64,000 nucleotides of DNA from Picochlorum sp. SENEW3 (taxonomy: Eukaryota): assembly GCA_034226945.1 (NCBI GenBank), contig CP120461.1, positions 186,001 through 250,000 of the forward strand, read 5' to 3'. Of this stretch, positions 1 to 11,984 are shown piece after piece. How positions within the stretch are numbered: position 1 is the first letter of the stretch; each line of letters opens with the position of its first letter. Under the pieces are notes generated by a model, which was given only the letters and a program-made list of their open reading frames with translations, did not search any database and was not told the DNA's origin. A program made the position numbers and the translations under genes.

Positions 1-319
1 GGGTTGTAGCAGCGGTAGATTGAGATGGAACAGTGATGGACTGTATGAAGCATCTGGCGTCATTCTTGCCTACATCATTGCGGGCTGCCCAGCAGTTATA
101 GGAAACCTGTGGGATGTCACTGACAAAGACATTGATAGGTACTGTCAGGAAATTGTCACGAAATGCATCTCATCTTGCTCGACGACATCCTCAGAGGACG
201 GCAAGGGGCAGCACATGTCCATTGGCCAAGTGACACAAACATCTCGCCACGCCTGCAAACTCCCCTACCTCATTGGCGCAGCTCCAGTATGCTATGGAAT
301 ACCAGTTCATTTTCGCTAA
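1..319 (+). CDS. ESP1: Separase (peptidase C50), 3' end only; gene starts before the window
   Basis: Frame from base 2 reads GCSSGRL (catalytic Cys motif), then AGCPAVIGNLWDVTDKDIDRY and PYLIGAAPVCYGIP, the conserved separase C-terminus. Confidence 0.92.
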   Translation, partial: GCSSGRLRWNSDGLYEASGVILAYIIAGCPAVIGNLWDVTDKDIDRYCQEIVTKCISSCSTTSSEDGKGQHMSIGQVTQTSRHACKLPYLIGAAPVCYGIPVHFR

Positions 320-374
320 TTCATTGACGTTTGGATTTACATACATATGGTACTTGAATGAATATATACGAATG

Positions 375-965
375 CTACTGTAAATCACCCATGTCTCCGG
401 CCTCATCCTCATCACTTGATGACAAGAACCCATCTGACTCATCCTCATCCTCCTTCCCATCCTTATCCTGTGGCAACTGACCAGTCCTGTTCAACCTCGT
501 CACATCATCCGGCTGCGCATACTTTTTCACATACTCGATCACCTTTCTCTTGTACGCCTCTGGATCCCTCATATGCAATGCTGCAGCTTCCCCATTCAAC
601 GGATCCGATGGATTCGGATACAACAGCAACTGTGGTAAAAATGTCTGAAACACATTGACAAGATCAAACATGGGACTCCACGTTTGATTGATCACATCCA
701 AGCACACACTCCCAGCCTGCTCATCTATATTTGGATGAAATATTCTATTCACAAACCCAATCGAAGGGGATTTATACGGGTACGCTTCAGGCAATTCTAC
801 ATGAACCTTCCAAACACCTCCCTCGTACGGACTATCAGGAGGGCCATGAAACTCTACGTGCATATCAGAAACATTGTCCTCTACAAGGTCGACCTGAAAG
901 TCAGACATCATGAGTTTCATGACATCCATCTCTCGTCGCTTGCTAGGACTCGCTGAAGAAGCCAT
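375..965 (-). CDS. Ubiquitin-conjugating enzyme E2, UBE2H/Ubc8 (plant UBC4/5/6) type
   Basis: [58 protein letters not shown] and an acidic tail; ATG at 965 preferred over the ORF-track start. Confidence 0.93.
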   Translation of the reverse strand: MASSASPSKRREMDVMKLMMSDFQVDLVEDNVSDMHVEFHGPPDSPYEGGVWKVHVELPEAYPYKSPSIGFVNRIFHPNIDEQAGSVCLDVINQTWSPMFDLVNVFQTFLPQLLLYPNPSDPLNGEAAALHMRDPEAYKRKVIEYVKKYAQPDDVTRLNRTGQLPQDKDGKEDEDESDGFLSSSDEDEAGDMGDLQ

Positions 966-1559
966 TTGTATTGAAGTATCGTTCTCTCTACTATACCCCC
1001 GCCTAGCGCTGCTCGACTCGGAGGGGTGGATGATTTCAAGCACCTGGATGTGTTCTTTTCCTTCTTCTCTCCCTGTTGCTCTCTAGGCGAGCCTTTCACC
1101 GTTCTATATATTCAAAAATATGTGGGTGCTCAGTTTGTTCAAGGAAACTGTTATGTGAAGGACAACGCGTGAAACTTGTCCTTTATTTTCGGAAGTCAGG
1201 TGGCACATTGTATTAATTCCTTCCGAGGACAGTTTAAGGAATTCAGTATATGGAGCACGTTTTTAAAAACATTTTAAAAAGGAAGCGTCTGGGTGCGTAT
1301 CTGATGCAGAGCCAATGTCTCTATGAATAGCCTTGTAGTTATTAATAAAGACAAAGAAAATTTGGAAAAGTAGTACCGGCGGTGGGGAGTATGAAAGAAT
1401 GAGGACAATACGGTCTGTGTCAAGGAAAAGTTGATTCAAGTAGGTCGCAGTCTTGACGTATACATTGCTGCATCGAGCTCTAAAGACGAATTCCATTTAT
1501 TTACAACGAATTAAACCCCGTGAGGCGTGTATTGGTCGCGGGGAAAAGGGTGAGTCGTC

Positions 1560-4238
1560 ATGGTCAATATCAAGTTGAAGGTGGGTGGGCAGAGAAGGCC
1601 TCGTGACGATGAGGATGAGGATTACGACCCTCTTCAGGAAGAAGATGCTCGTGATAATGACTTTGTGGTGGATGGTGATGAGTTGGAAGAGGAGGACGAC
1701 TTCGATGAGGAGGACCTGTATGATGATGATGATGACGACATTCCTCAGGTGAAGAAGACCACCAAGAAGAAGACAGTGACTCGAAAGACTGCACAGCCAT
1801 CGAGAGGATCTCGGAAAAATGCATTGAGGGGTGCAACTGGTGTTGCTGCATTGAAATCTGAGAGGAAAAGGACGGCAGCCATGATTGAAGACGAGGATTA
1901 TGATTTGGAGGAAGACTTTGATTCTGATCGAGATGCGGAAGAAGGGGCATATGTGCTTGGAGCAGAGGACACGGAATTTCACGATTTTTCTCAGCTTGAT
2001 TTGAAGGCCGATCATTATAATAGACCATTATGGGTCTGTCCTGATGGAAGGATATTTCTGGAAACGTTTAGTCCAGTCTACAAGCAAGCATATGATTTTT
2101 TGATTGCAATAGCAGAACCTGTGTCTCGTCCAGAGTGTATACACGAGTATGTTCTGACTCCCCATAGTTTATATGCGGCAGTTTCTATTGGATTGGATAC
2201 AACAACGATTATATCGGTTTTGGATAGGTTGTCAAAAGCAAAAATGCCGTCGGATATTCGATGGTTTATTCGAGAGTCGACGGAGAATTATGGAAAGGTC
2301 AAGTTGGTGTTGAAGAATAATAGATTCATGGTGGAATCTCCTGATCCTCATATCCTGAGAAGATTGTTAAAGGATGATGTGATTAGAGATGCACGAATGG
2401 TGAGGGATGAGGACAGGCCTGTGGGAGGGGCAAAGGATGCTGATGCTGTGTTGGATGAGTTTTTGAAGAGCAAGGCTCTCAAGGATCGGGCGGTTGATAG
2501 ATTGGCTGCAGTAGAAAGGATCGAGCTCACGGATCGTGACGATGACGGGGGCCAGGAGAAAGATTTGGAGGAAGAATTAGGTTTAGACGGTGATGACGAG
2601 GCGGCAGAGGTTGAAGATCCGGATAAGGAAATGCATGCTTTCGAGGTGCGAGCAAGCAAGGTGGAGAATGTAAAGTCCCGCTGTTTACCAGGTGGCCTGA
2701 ATTATCCCATGTTGGAAGAGTATGATTTCAAGGGAGACTCGAATAATCCAACTTTGTCTGTTGATTTGAAGCCGCATGTGAAGCATCGTTCATATCAGGA
2801 AAAGTCTTTGAGCAAGATGTTTGGAAACTCACGGGCGCGATCTGGTATCATTGTCCTTCCTTGTGGCGCCGGTAAGTCTTTGGTCGGCGTGTCTGCTGCT
2901 GCACGTATCAAAAAGTCCTGTCTTTGTTTGTGTACAAATTCGGTGTCGGTAGATCAATGGAAGTATCAATTTCAGCTGTGGACAACTTTGAGGGAAGATC
3001 AGGTGTGCCGCTTCACAAGTGACAAGCATGAATGGTTGAAAGGGGAGGGCGCAGGCGTATGCATTACTACTTACACGATGGTTGCGTACTCTGGAAAAAG
3101 ATCAGTAGAGAGTGAGAGAATAATGGATGAAATTATGAGTAGGGAATGGGGATTGATTTTGCTGGATGAAGTGCATGTTGTTCCTGCACAAATGTTCCGA
3201 AAGGTTCTAGGCATTGTGAAGGCACATTGCAAGCTTGGGCTGACCGCGACTCTTGTTCGAGAGGACCAGTTGATCACGGACTTGAATTTTTTGATAGGTC
3301 CAAAATTGTATGAGGCTAATTGGTTAGATTTGACGAAAAATGGCCACATTGCTAATGTGCAGTGTGCAGAGGTATGGTGCCCCATGACGCCAGAGTTTCT
3401 CAGGGAGTACCTCAAGCCTGAGAGAACAGCGAGTCAAAAGCAGTTATTGTTCGTTATGAATCCTAATAAAGCAAGAGCTTGTGACTATTTGGTGAGGTAT
3501 CATGAGGCCCGAGGGGATAAAATCATCGTGTTTTCAGACAATTTGTTTGCCTTGAGGGAATATGCTGTCAGAATGAAGAAGCCATTCTTGTATGGAGGTA
3601 CTGGGCATCAAGAGAGGACACGAATTCTTCACGCGTTTAAGACCAATCCAGCAGTGAATACGATCTTTTTATCAAAGGTCGGAGACAATTCCCTGGATAT
3701 ACCGGAAGCAAATGTTCTTATACAAGTTTCCAGCCATGCTGGATCAAGGCGACAAGAGGCACAGCGCCTCGGTAGAATCTTGCGCAAGAAAAAGTCCAGA
3801 GCAGGCACAGGTCTGGAAGACTTTGATGCTTTTTTTTATACTCTGGTCTCGAATGATACTCGAGAGGTTTATTTCACTGCCAAGAGACAGCAGTTTCTGA
3901 TTGATCAGGGGTATTCCTACAAAGTCATTCCAACATTGCTTGAGAGTGGAGGGGCATCTGATGACGATCATTTGATGCTAAACGAGCGCGATGATCAAAT
4001 AAATTTACTGGCTGCAGTTCTTCATGCATCAGAAACAGAAGCTGCGAATGAAGTAATAGAGCAGACAGATGCGATTGAGGCGCACATCAAGCAAACCAGC
4101 AGCAAGCGGTCTATTGGCAGTATGTCAGCCTTGTCTGGTGCAAAGGGCATGACATACATGGAATATTCAACGAAAAAATCGACAGGCAAAAAACCAATCG
4201 GAGGAGGGAAGCTTTCAAAACTAAGAAAATTGAAATGA
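1560..4238 (+). CDS. XPB: TFIIH DNA helicase/translocase subunit XPB (ERCC3/Ssl2/Rad25)
   Basis: RPLWVCPDGRIFLETFSP, SGIIVLPCGAGKS (Walker A), LLDEVH, GSRRQEAQRLGRILR; intronless 892 aa. Confidence 0.97.
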   Translation: MVNIKLKVGGQRRPRDDEDEDYDPLQEEDARDNDFVVDGDELEEEDDFDEEDLYDDDDDDIPQVKKTTKKKTVTRKTAQPSRGSRKNALRGATGVAALKSERKRTAAMIEDEDYDLEEDFDSDRDAEEGAYVLGAEDTEFHDFSQLDLKADHYNRPLWVCPDGRIFLETFSPVYKQAYDFLIAIAEPVSRPECIHEYVLTPHSLYAAVSIGLDTTTIISVLDRLSKAKMPSDIRWFIRESTENYGKVKLVLKNNRFMVESPDPHILRRLLKDDVIRDARMVRDEDRPVGGAKDADAVLDEFLKSKALKDRAVDRLAAVERIELTDRDDDGGQEKDLEEELGLDGDDEAAEVEDPDKEMHAFEVRASKVENVKSRCLPGGLNYPMLEEYDFKGDSNNPTLSVDLKPHVKHRSYQEKSLSKMFGNSRARSGIIVLPCGAGKSLVGVSAAARIKKSCLCLCTNSVSVDQWKYQFQLWTTLREDQVCRFTSDKHEWLKGEGAGVCITTYTMVAYSGKRSVESERIMDEIMSREWGLILLDEVHVVPAQMFRKVLGIVKAHCKLGLTATLVREDQLITDLNFLIGPKLYEANWLDLTKNGHIANVQCAEVWCPMTPEFLREYLKPERTASQKQLLFVMNPNKARACDYLVRYHEARGDKIIVFSDNLFALREYAVRMKKPFLYGGTGHQERTRILHAFKTNPAVNTIFLSKVGDNSLDIPEANVLIQVSSHAGSRRQEAQRLGRILRKKKSRAGTGLEDFDAFFYTLVSNDTREVYFTAKRQQFLIDQGYSYKVIPTLLESGGASDDDHLMLNERDDQINLLAAVLHASETEAANEVIEQTDAIEAHIKQTSSKRSIGSMSALSGAKGMTYMEYSTKKSTGKKPIGGGKLSKLRKLK

Positions 4239-4254
4239 TTACTTGAGTTTACAT

Positions 4255-5926
4255 TTAAAACTGAACAAAAAGGGGCTGGCTATACAAATAGTCCAAGTAT
4301 GCAGTGACTACTTTACCTGTGGAAGATCTCAATTGCACCTTGAAAGGTGCCACCGCCTTTTCCAAATCACCGTAAAACTCGAATTGGCCATTCTGATTTG
4401 TTGTTGAGAACAGGCCATTAATGCGTGCCTCGATGATGGGCTCCTGCATAGAATCGGAGTAAGGAATTCATTTTAGCATTTGCAATATTTGCCTGTGAGT
4501 GCACGAATCAAATTCAAACAAACACGCGTACCCTGAGTCCAGAGAATGATATTCTGTGATAATATTGACTATCTGTTAAGACAGACATGAATATACCTAC
4601 ATCTGCTGTCTCGCAAGGCTTTAAACTCAATTTGATTGGTACTTGCCTTTCAATCGATGTGACACCTAATTTCTGATATCCTTGCGCACTCAGTAGAATA
4701 TCATTGCCACCGCAGCTTCCACAATCATCAACAAACATGATATTAATTGAGTTGTTCTCCCCGCCACAGTCACCTGCATTTGCACACGAGACTTCTGCAC
4801 AGATTCCACAAGGCTTGAAACTGTGCATGCCTTGGAAATTAAAAAAGTTTACAGCTGCCCATTGGCTTGGAGGAATTTTTGTAGCTTCTGAGAACTCACA
4901 TGCCCCCTTTCCCAGTCTATTACTGAATTGACCCAGAGAGGCAGAGGATTGAGAAGCAAATGGGTCATTGAAGTCTTGGATCTCCCCAATTGGAGTGGTC
5001 TCCATTGCTGGGGATGCCATGCCACCATCCTCAGTCTCTGGTGCAGGAGTTGAAACCGGTCTCACAATAAATGACGGTTGTGAATCAGGCACTGGCTCTG
5101 GGATGGGTTCAGGGGCTGGTTCTGGAGCTGGAGCTGGTTCTAACATTGGTTCAGGCACTGGCTCGGAAACAGGCTCAGGAATAGGTTCTCGCACTGGTTC
5201 AGGAGCAGGCTCAGGAATAGGTTCTCGCACGGGCTCTGGGATGGGCTCAGGTGCTGGTTCTGGAGCTGGAGCTGGTTCTAATATTGGCTCAGGCACTGGC
5301 TCGGAAACAGGCTCAGGAGCAGGCTGAGGTGCTGGTTCAGGAATAGGTTCCGGCACTGGTTCTGGCACTGGTTCTGGCACCGGCTCGGGAGCAGGTTGAG
5401 CAATGTCCTCCACTTCAACAATAGGTGCCTCCACAAACGGTGGTGGCTCAGGAGCAAAGATATCCCCAGCAACTGAGCTACAATTCACAAATCTCCATTC
5501 AACTGGTATTGGCTCACTACCCACCCTCAGGGGCAAACCTGTCAACCTTCTTCCAAGGAAGGAATTCACTTGGATAACATCAGGAGACTCAGAACCATCC
5601 AAAACAGCAGCTATAACACTTGGGAGAGCACTACCTGCGCAATCTTCCGGATTGCTACAGGATATTTCAATACACTGAGCGCATGCTTCCTGTCCAAATG
5701 TTGCCAGATCAATACCTGCAATGCTAACCGTGAAATACTGACTGATGCCTTCCAATCCACACTCTAATCCTTTCACAAAATTATTGTCGATAGATTCTCC
5801 GTAACTCACGACGAGATTCGCCGAGACAAGGGGGCTCTCTGGTTCCTGGCCAAACACAGCACAGCTGTTCAAAACAAGTAGATAGGCCACACTGGCAACA
5901 AAGCCATGCAGATATGATAATTTCAT
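4255..5926 (-). CDS. Secreted expansin-like protein with two DPBB-like domains separated by a Pro/Glu repeat; 2 exons (5926-4532, 4443-4255)
   Basis: Signal peptide; CAQCIEISC and CGICAEVSC...FVDDCGSC motifs; phase-0 GT..CAG intron 4531-4444 joins FSGLR to [10 protein letters not shown] (CBM63-like domain 2). Confidence 0.72.
5085..5400 (-). repeat. Coding tandem repeat encoding a (PEP[V/I/A])n stalk
   Basis: Degenerate 12-nt repeats (ggttcaggcact/ggctcaggaata on +) with a larger block duplication encoding [28 protein letters not shown] twice. Confidence 0.9.
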
Positions 5927-6375
5927 GATGATGAATGGGATTTTGAGAGACTTTTAAGAGCTCCAAAGCCACTCAAGAAGAGATATGCGGCTGTCCAGCA
6001 AGTGCAACGTGCCTGGGACGCGTTGCTGCTACTGCCCACGTGTTCTTTCTTCCCCTTTGGAATGTCTCGTAGCGCGTCAAAGCGACACAAGAAAAAATTT
6101 CGTTGTTTTACCGACTATCCTGCGTTCTCTTTCTTCTGTGATAAGTGATTGCCCAGAAAACTGGAGCATCTACTCAAAATTTTCTTGGAGCGATACGACA
6201 ATTGGGTCGTCCAAGAAGAACTCATCTCGGAGTGGATCCACTCTCAGAGTCTGGTCGCCACAGATGGTACCATATATATTCCGATGAATGAATCAGTCCT
6301 CTGTTACAGAAATAAGCAGATATAACGGCATATTCACGGGTACTACAATACTAAAGGATCAGTCTCAGCGATCAA

Positions 6376-7368
6376 TCATGGAGTCTTGCTGCTAGTATTT
6401 GGTTTTGGAGATTTGTTTGATTTCTCTTGTGGTGCGGGGGCTGCAAACTGAACTTTGAGATCAGTGCTTCTCAAGGATGGCAGACGGACTCTGATAACCT
6501 GTCTGTTGGCGCCCAATACTGCGATATCGAAAGGTCCACGTGGGTTGATTGCACCTCCTGTTGGATTCCAGCTCCAGAAGTTGTTTGTCTCATGGCGCAA
6601 CCTGTCTCCATTCACCTGGACAGCAAGGATGGGTACTCGTGCATTTGCGAAATTCAAAGCTTGGTAATACGCAGATCCTCCGGGTTTCACGAGCATTTTG
6701 ATTGTGGTATTGATGTACGGGCTGCAGTCTGTAAATCTCCAAGAAAGCGACACCGATGGATTTGGGTTTGGGTCTCTACCCACAGCTCTTTTGAATAAGC
6801 TTCCAGATATGGTTTTGTCACCATCGAAGCATTCACCACAGAGATCGACGACTTGCGCGACTGCAGTTCTTCCTGGCTCCTCGCACGAGACATCATCACA
6901 CTGAATCTCTATGCACCGACCGCAAGTGAATCCCTGGTTGTAGAATGACTTTCCAATGGCCACAAAACGTCCCCTGAAGTATTCATCAACATATCCAAAA
7001 CCGCAAGAAAGTCCAACTCCACCATAACTCTTCATTGGCTCCATTCCGTATCCGACTGTGCCAATACTTGGATATTCCAGTCTGGACTTGCGGTCTGGTC
7101 CTTTGCTGGTAAAGATGGGAGCAAGACCATATGTCTGTGTGCTGCTGTTTGGGTCGAAAATATCACTATTGGTTTCTTCAGGTGCGAAAAATCCATCCAA
7201 CAGCGCTTGATCTTGAGGGGTCAGTTTGAAGTTACTTCCTGTGGTACCAGCCACTTCAACGCTTCCTGCTGCTGCCGCTGAGAAGGCATTGGCAGCAGAG
7301 TTCTGAGCATGGGCAATTCCTACACACAAAAGCCCCACAAGGAGACCAACAAGACCGATACGCGACAT
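6376..7368 (-). CDS. Secreted expansin-like protein (DPBB + CBM63-like)
   Basis: Signal peptide MSRIGLVGLLVGLLCVGIAHA; SCGFG, CGRCIEIQC, VVDLCGEC; C-terminal YYQALNFANARVPILAVQVNG...NNFWSW...GPFDI. Confidence 0.8.
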   Translation of the reverse strand: MSRIGLVGLLVGLLCVGIAHAQNSAANAFSAAAAGSVEVAGTTGSNFKLTPQDQALLDGFFAPEETNSDIFDPNSSTQTYGLAPIFTSKGPDRKSRLEYPSIGTVGYGMEPMKSYGGVGLSCGFGYVDEYFRGRFVAIGKSFYNQGFTCGRCIEIQCDDVSCEEPGRTAVAQVVDLCGECFDGDKTISGSLFKRAVGRDPNPNPSVSLSWRFTDCSPYINTTIKMLVKPGGSAYYQALNFANARVPILAVQVNGDRLRHETNNFWSWNPTGGAINPRGPFDIAVLGANRQVIRVRLPSLRSTDLKVQFAAPAPQEKSNKSPKPNTSSKTP

Positions 7369-8018
7369 TGTGCGATATCCAGTTACTTTTCCTTTTCTTC
7401 TTTTGAGAATGTCATACCAGGGGATGTGTGGAGGCATGTATTGGGATACCATTCGGGACATGATATGGAGACTGCCTGGGACCGTCCCATGCAACACCAT
7501 GCATGGTCCCATGCATGGTATCGACGGTCATGCCCCATCAAAGGGCTCCATGGATGGGATTCACTCGCGACGTATCACCGTCCAAGACGACACGTGGGAA
7601 ATGTTTTTGTCGCAATCAGTTACCGTTATTTGAACGACAATAGTGATCCAGAACGATGCCAAATCATACTGTCGCGAATGAGTAGAGAGAGTACCCACTC
7701 TCTCCACTCACATACATCCATGGCACTTTGTTTATGAAACGACGCAACCTATCGGCGCCTCATCAGAGAAAATCTTTTCTTCTTCATATATACTGTACAT
7801 CTGTCAGAACAAGAGTGGCCCATGGGAGTCCTAATCGATAGGCAGAATCTATGTGACTCCTCGATGCAGTGGATGTTTGGGAATTCCCATAAAAGTGCCC
7901 ATATGAAAACAAGGAGCGATCAAATGGCAAGCACCAATTTGTATACCTGTATGTGTCAAATTTTGTGTATATACGGTGCTAGCATTCGAATTTGTACCTG
8001 CATGCGTGCCTCATCATA

Positions 8019-9038
8019 ATGTCACGCACCTGCAAGCCACCAGGAGCAGCAGCAGTCGTGTGGTGCTGCCTTTTCATTCTGGCGAGCAATGCGCTGCTTG
8101 AGGCCTCGGCAACATTTTCGTCTGCGACTTCTAACAATAAAATTCCAGAGAAGAGTCCCACATTGTCACCGGCGAGTGATGAGCAATTTGAGCAGCTTCG
8201 AGAGACAACACTGGGGAAGAGCAATTCGACAGAAATGGAGCATGCTCAGAATCATCAGCAGCTTGTGACAGAGCAGGGGAGCCTCATCTCGATTGTTTAT
8301 CCAATAGGTGGATCAACTTCTTCGTTTATAAAATCATTGCCTGCGGACACCGTTGCCAAGATTCCAAGCTTTAAAGAGAAGCGCAATGGCCTGATGAAGA
8401 TCAACTATAGAAGATCGGTTGGTGTATATGATGGGGTTGAAATGGCCTGTGGTATGGGATATATGAATCCGTACATTACAAAGAATCATATTGCCGTATC
8501 AAAAGATTTATTTGCGGGGGCTAGGGCATGCGGGCTTTGCGCCAATGTATATTGTACGGACACCATCTGTGGCCAGAGAGCACTGAATGCTAACAGAACA
8601 TTCATGATTGTCGATGAATGCAGCGACTGTGACACAAATGACATTGTAGCTTCTATATCTGGATATACAGACTTGACATTGGTGGATCCGGATATTAATC
8701 CAATTGTGACGGCTGCGTTTGACCTTGTACCATGTGGTGACCTTGTCACAGGTTCCATCAAACTCCTCACTTCTCCAAACATGTCAAAAAAGTATCTCGG
8801 GATCAATTTATCGAATACCAAAGTCCCAGTGAGGGGCGTTCGAATCAATGGTATTGTGCTTCAATTAGGCAATGACGGATTTTGGAGTATTCGGAGTGAT
8901 GGGAGAGATAACATTCCGTTGCAGCCTCCATACGTACTGCAGGTGCTTGGAGCCAACAACGAGTTGCTGAATTTCAACTTGAAAACCTTGGTGTCTCAGG
9001 ATCTTGGTTCGAATTTTGGAGAAAATAATCTGCAATAA
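8019..9038 (+). CDS. Secreted expansin-like protein
   Basis: Hydrophobic N-terminus; ACGMG, ACGLCANVYC, IVDECSDC; domain 2 SNTKVPVRGVRING...DGFW. Divergent from the previous paralog. Confidence 0.78.
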   Translation: MSRTCKPPGAAAVVWCCLFILASNALLEASATFSSATSNNKIPEKSPTLSPASDEQFEQLRETTLGKSNSTEMEHAQNHQQLVTEQGSLISIVYPIGGSTSSFIKSLPADTVAKIPSFKEKRNGLMKINYRRSVGVYDGVEMACGMGYMNPYITKNHIAVSKDLFAGARACGLCANVYCTDTICGQRALNANRTFMIVDECSDCDTNDIVASISGYTDLTLVDPDINPIVTAAFDLVPCGDLVTGSIKLLTSPNMSKKYLGINLSNTKVPVRGVRINGIVLQLGNDGFWSIRSDGRDNIPLQPPYVLQVLGANNELLNFNLKTLVSQDLGSNFGENNLQ

Positions 9039-9499
9039 CATAGACAAGATGCTCAAGATGTCTTTTTGCAACTGTATCCAATTCTTCTTGCCATTTTTCA
9101 GCAGCATTTTTCAAACCTGTATGGTTCTGTTTTTCGATTTTGTATTGACCATTCGCATCCTATGCCGACATCTGTAAAATGAATATGACGTTTTACTTTG
9201 GCCACCCTTGGAAGGAAGGATAGTATCCTTATCGAGCATCGATGGATGCATGCTCTGCATAGCTGGTGGCATTTTGATATGGCCAATTGGCCTTGCAAGG
9301 CTTGGTGGCGCGGTCCAAGGTGATGACGCTTTTTCGGGAGCCATTGTTTCAGATTCATCGCTCATGCTTAAGATTTGGCTCAGCAGAGTTGGAAATTCAA
9401 TATTTATGTAGCTATAGTAATGCTTTTGCTCACGGGTGGCCAAGCATGAGAAGAGCACTGTTTCCTCACCTGACAAGGAAACAGTGTCCCAGGGAAGCC

Positions 9500-9924
9500 A
9501 TGGTATGTACTAGCCAAAGGGCCATCCCTTTATCTATCTGTTTGATTGTCATCCTTGGGCATGCTCAAGGATGTCAGAGTGTCAGTGACGGCCCAGGAAT
9601 GCAGGAAGACTTGGCTGAGTTGAACTCAAACTTGACGTATGCTGCCTACGTGAGACCGACGAATGCTACCGACTGGATCAATCAGTGAGCATATTACCAT
9701 CCAGGAAACCCAGCACGGTACCAGAAAGTGGAAAAAACTCCAGCAGATCAAAAGCAATTTGGACCCACAAATGCTGTACAAATGCTGTCCGCTATGGTAT
9801 TGGCAATACTGACAGTACTCCATCCCTACCACCATACGCTACCAGTGCTCTCACGCTTCCTGATATCCAATCTGAGGCCACTGGCAGCGCAACTAGTGAT
9901 GGCACCAGGAGGAGTTTGCTCTAG
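9500..9924 (+). CDS. Possible small secreted protein with one frameshift near 9685
   Basis: MVCTSQRAIPLSICLIVILGHAQG is signal-like; after DWINQ a shifted frame continues VSILPSRKP...DGTRRSLL. No family recognised. Confidence 0.3.
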
Positions 9925-10157
9925 TCCGAATAGATCAATAAATAAGTAAATAAATAGGATATTCGAACAGAACTTTGTTTGCACAATATCCATAATGCTG
10001 CAAATCTCACTCATCTTGTCTTTGCATTTTTTTGAAATCCTGGCATTTCGTATATTTCAATATTTTTTACAACAAAGGAGCAGACTGAAGATATGTGTAG
10101 TTGATTCATTGTATCCTCAGCAGTGGTTGTGATGCCAAGTACTGCATCTCCTCCAAA

Positions 10158-11984
10158 CTAGGTTGCATTTCTCTCCTCTCGAACGTGGCGCTTTGCCTCC
10201 TCAACGGCATGCAGCAGCTTTTTTGTAAGCTTCTTTGGAAGCATATGTCCTTTCAAATCAGATCCCATCTGCATAGCCATGGAGAAGGCTGGAAATGTGA
10301 CTGCTGCCAGGTGAATGAACATTACTCCATTGAACAAGATGATTGTCCACCAGGGGGTCACCCAAAATCTGTAAAAGGCATCCGAGAATGGGCACGACTT
10401 TGCTGAAAATTGCCATGCAAAGAATATAAAACTTGCAAACAGGTATGAGCAGATGAAGAGGGAGATTTTCATCAACTGCAGAAGCAAGGTCGGTCTGTTG
10501 AACCAAAACACATCCTTTTCCAGCATGACGGCAGCTCTGCCCCTTTCAGTCACGTGCTGGACGATACTTGCAAGTTTTGCATTAAGAAGAACTAGAACTA
10601 CTGCGTTAACAATCATTGCTGGCATCACAGAATACCCCATGACACCGGAAATAAGCCAAATCAGGATCAGGGCAATCCAGAATATTGGGCTGATGCCAAC
10701 CAGGTGAGACAAATCCTCCTCCATGCTGTGAATGAGATGACGGAGGAAATCAAAGCTAGATCCCAATTTGTGGGTGTACATGAATGATGCTCTCAGCTTT
10801 GCATACTGGTCTTTCGTGACAAGAAATGGGCTCAACCCTTGAATTGTATAATAACCCATTCGACATGCTGCAGTATATGTTTCTTTGGAAGCTCTCTTTG
10901 CTCTTTGAGCACATTGAGTCAGAAAGCCCTTTTCCCCATGGGTATCATTCGAGACGCTTTTTGATGACCTATTTACACTTTCAGTGTTTGGTGCACGAAA
11001 AGAATCCGAGTGTAGAACCTTTTGCAACGGTGATGAAGGCGTCTCCTGCAGAGCATGAGACCCACACAGACTTGTCTCTCCTTCCTCCACTGCTATGTTC
11101 ACATCATCGTTCATTCTGGAATCAGTCTTGTCTATTTCTATATTCTCTCGTACATATTTCGAGCTTTCAATCACTGATTCTTGTGCATCAAGACTTTTGA
11201 AGTAGCCTTCTAGTGCCTGCTCAACTTTTTCAGAGTGCACAGTTGGGCATTTTTCCCATGATCTCCACTCTAACGTCACTCGAAGTCTACAGATCCCATA
11301 TAAAACGAAACCGCAAAGCACATGTATAATAGAAACAGTAAATATAAGCAAGTGGACTTGTTCAACCGCCAAAAATGATAAGGCGTTGACCTTTCCTTCA
11401 GCACACTGATTTCCCTCAATCGTGTTGGGCCCTTCGCAGTACACACCCTCCTCACCCAAAACCTCCTCTTCGTCTTCAGCAACACAAAAGGGATCTTTTA
11501 AATCGCAATTACAGAAAGGCTCTGTCGGATTTCCACACGCCGCATACTCGAGAACACATTGCTGTACATGTTTTGTATTTTCTAAACAGCAGGGACAATA
11601 CCCTTCACTGTACACATGGCTCAATATCGTCCATGAGGAATCCGCATATGCCTTACCGACACATATGCTTGTCACAGATTCTTGCAGGGCAGTTATAATC
11701 AGGGACACGAATCCTAAGAGTGTGAGTTCATGCACTGAATGATTAACTGCATGAAGCAAATGCACCTTTCCCCTGTTCGACAATGCATTTTGAGTCCCCT
11801 TCACAATCAGAGAGAATACTGTGGCAATAGCCTGAAACATGAGAAGAAGAAGTGCTATGGAATACGTAGGCGTCTCCAGCAAAGACTCCTCTGCAGACCC
11901 GTCCTCACCGCCTTCAGACTGCACAGATGATCTTCTTAATATTTTGCATCATGGGATACCATCACATTTTCCAGTACATACCAT
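10158..11984 (-). CDS. MLO: MLO-family seven-transmembrane protein; first coding exon is only the ATG (intron 11981-11919)
   Basis: ETPTY, ELTLLGFVSL, EQVHLLIF, WRSWE, FDFLRHLIHSMEEDL..LVGIS, FWFNRP, TFP...QMGS; aaaATG|gtatgt...tgtgcag|TCT joins in frame. Confidence 0.9.

Noticed and set aside
5085..5400. CRISPR-like array
   Set aside because: Repeats are codon-phased coding repeats with no unique spacers, in a eukaryotic context with no cas genes.
9500..9949. In-frame TGA at 9686 followed by an open frame (selenoprotein or readthrough?)
   Set aside because: No redox motif or recognisable SECIS; a 1-nt frameshift into the 9685-9924 frame gives a more protein-like product.
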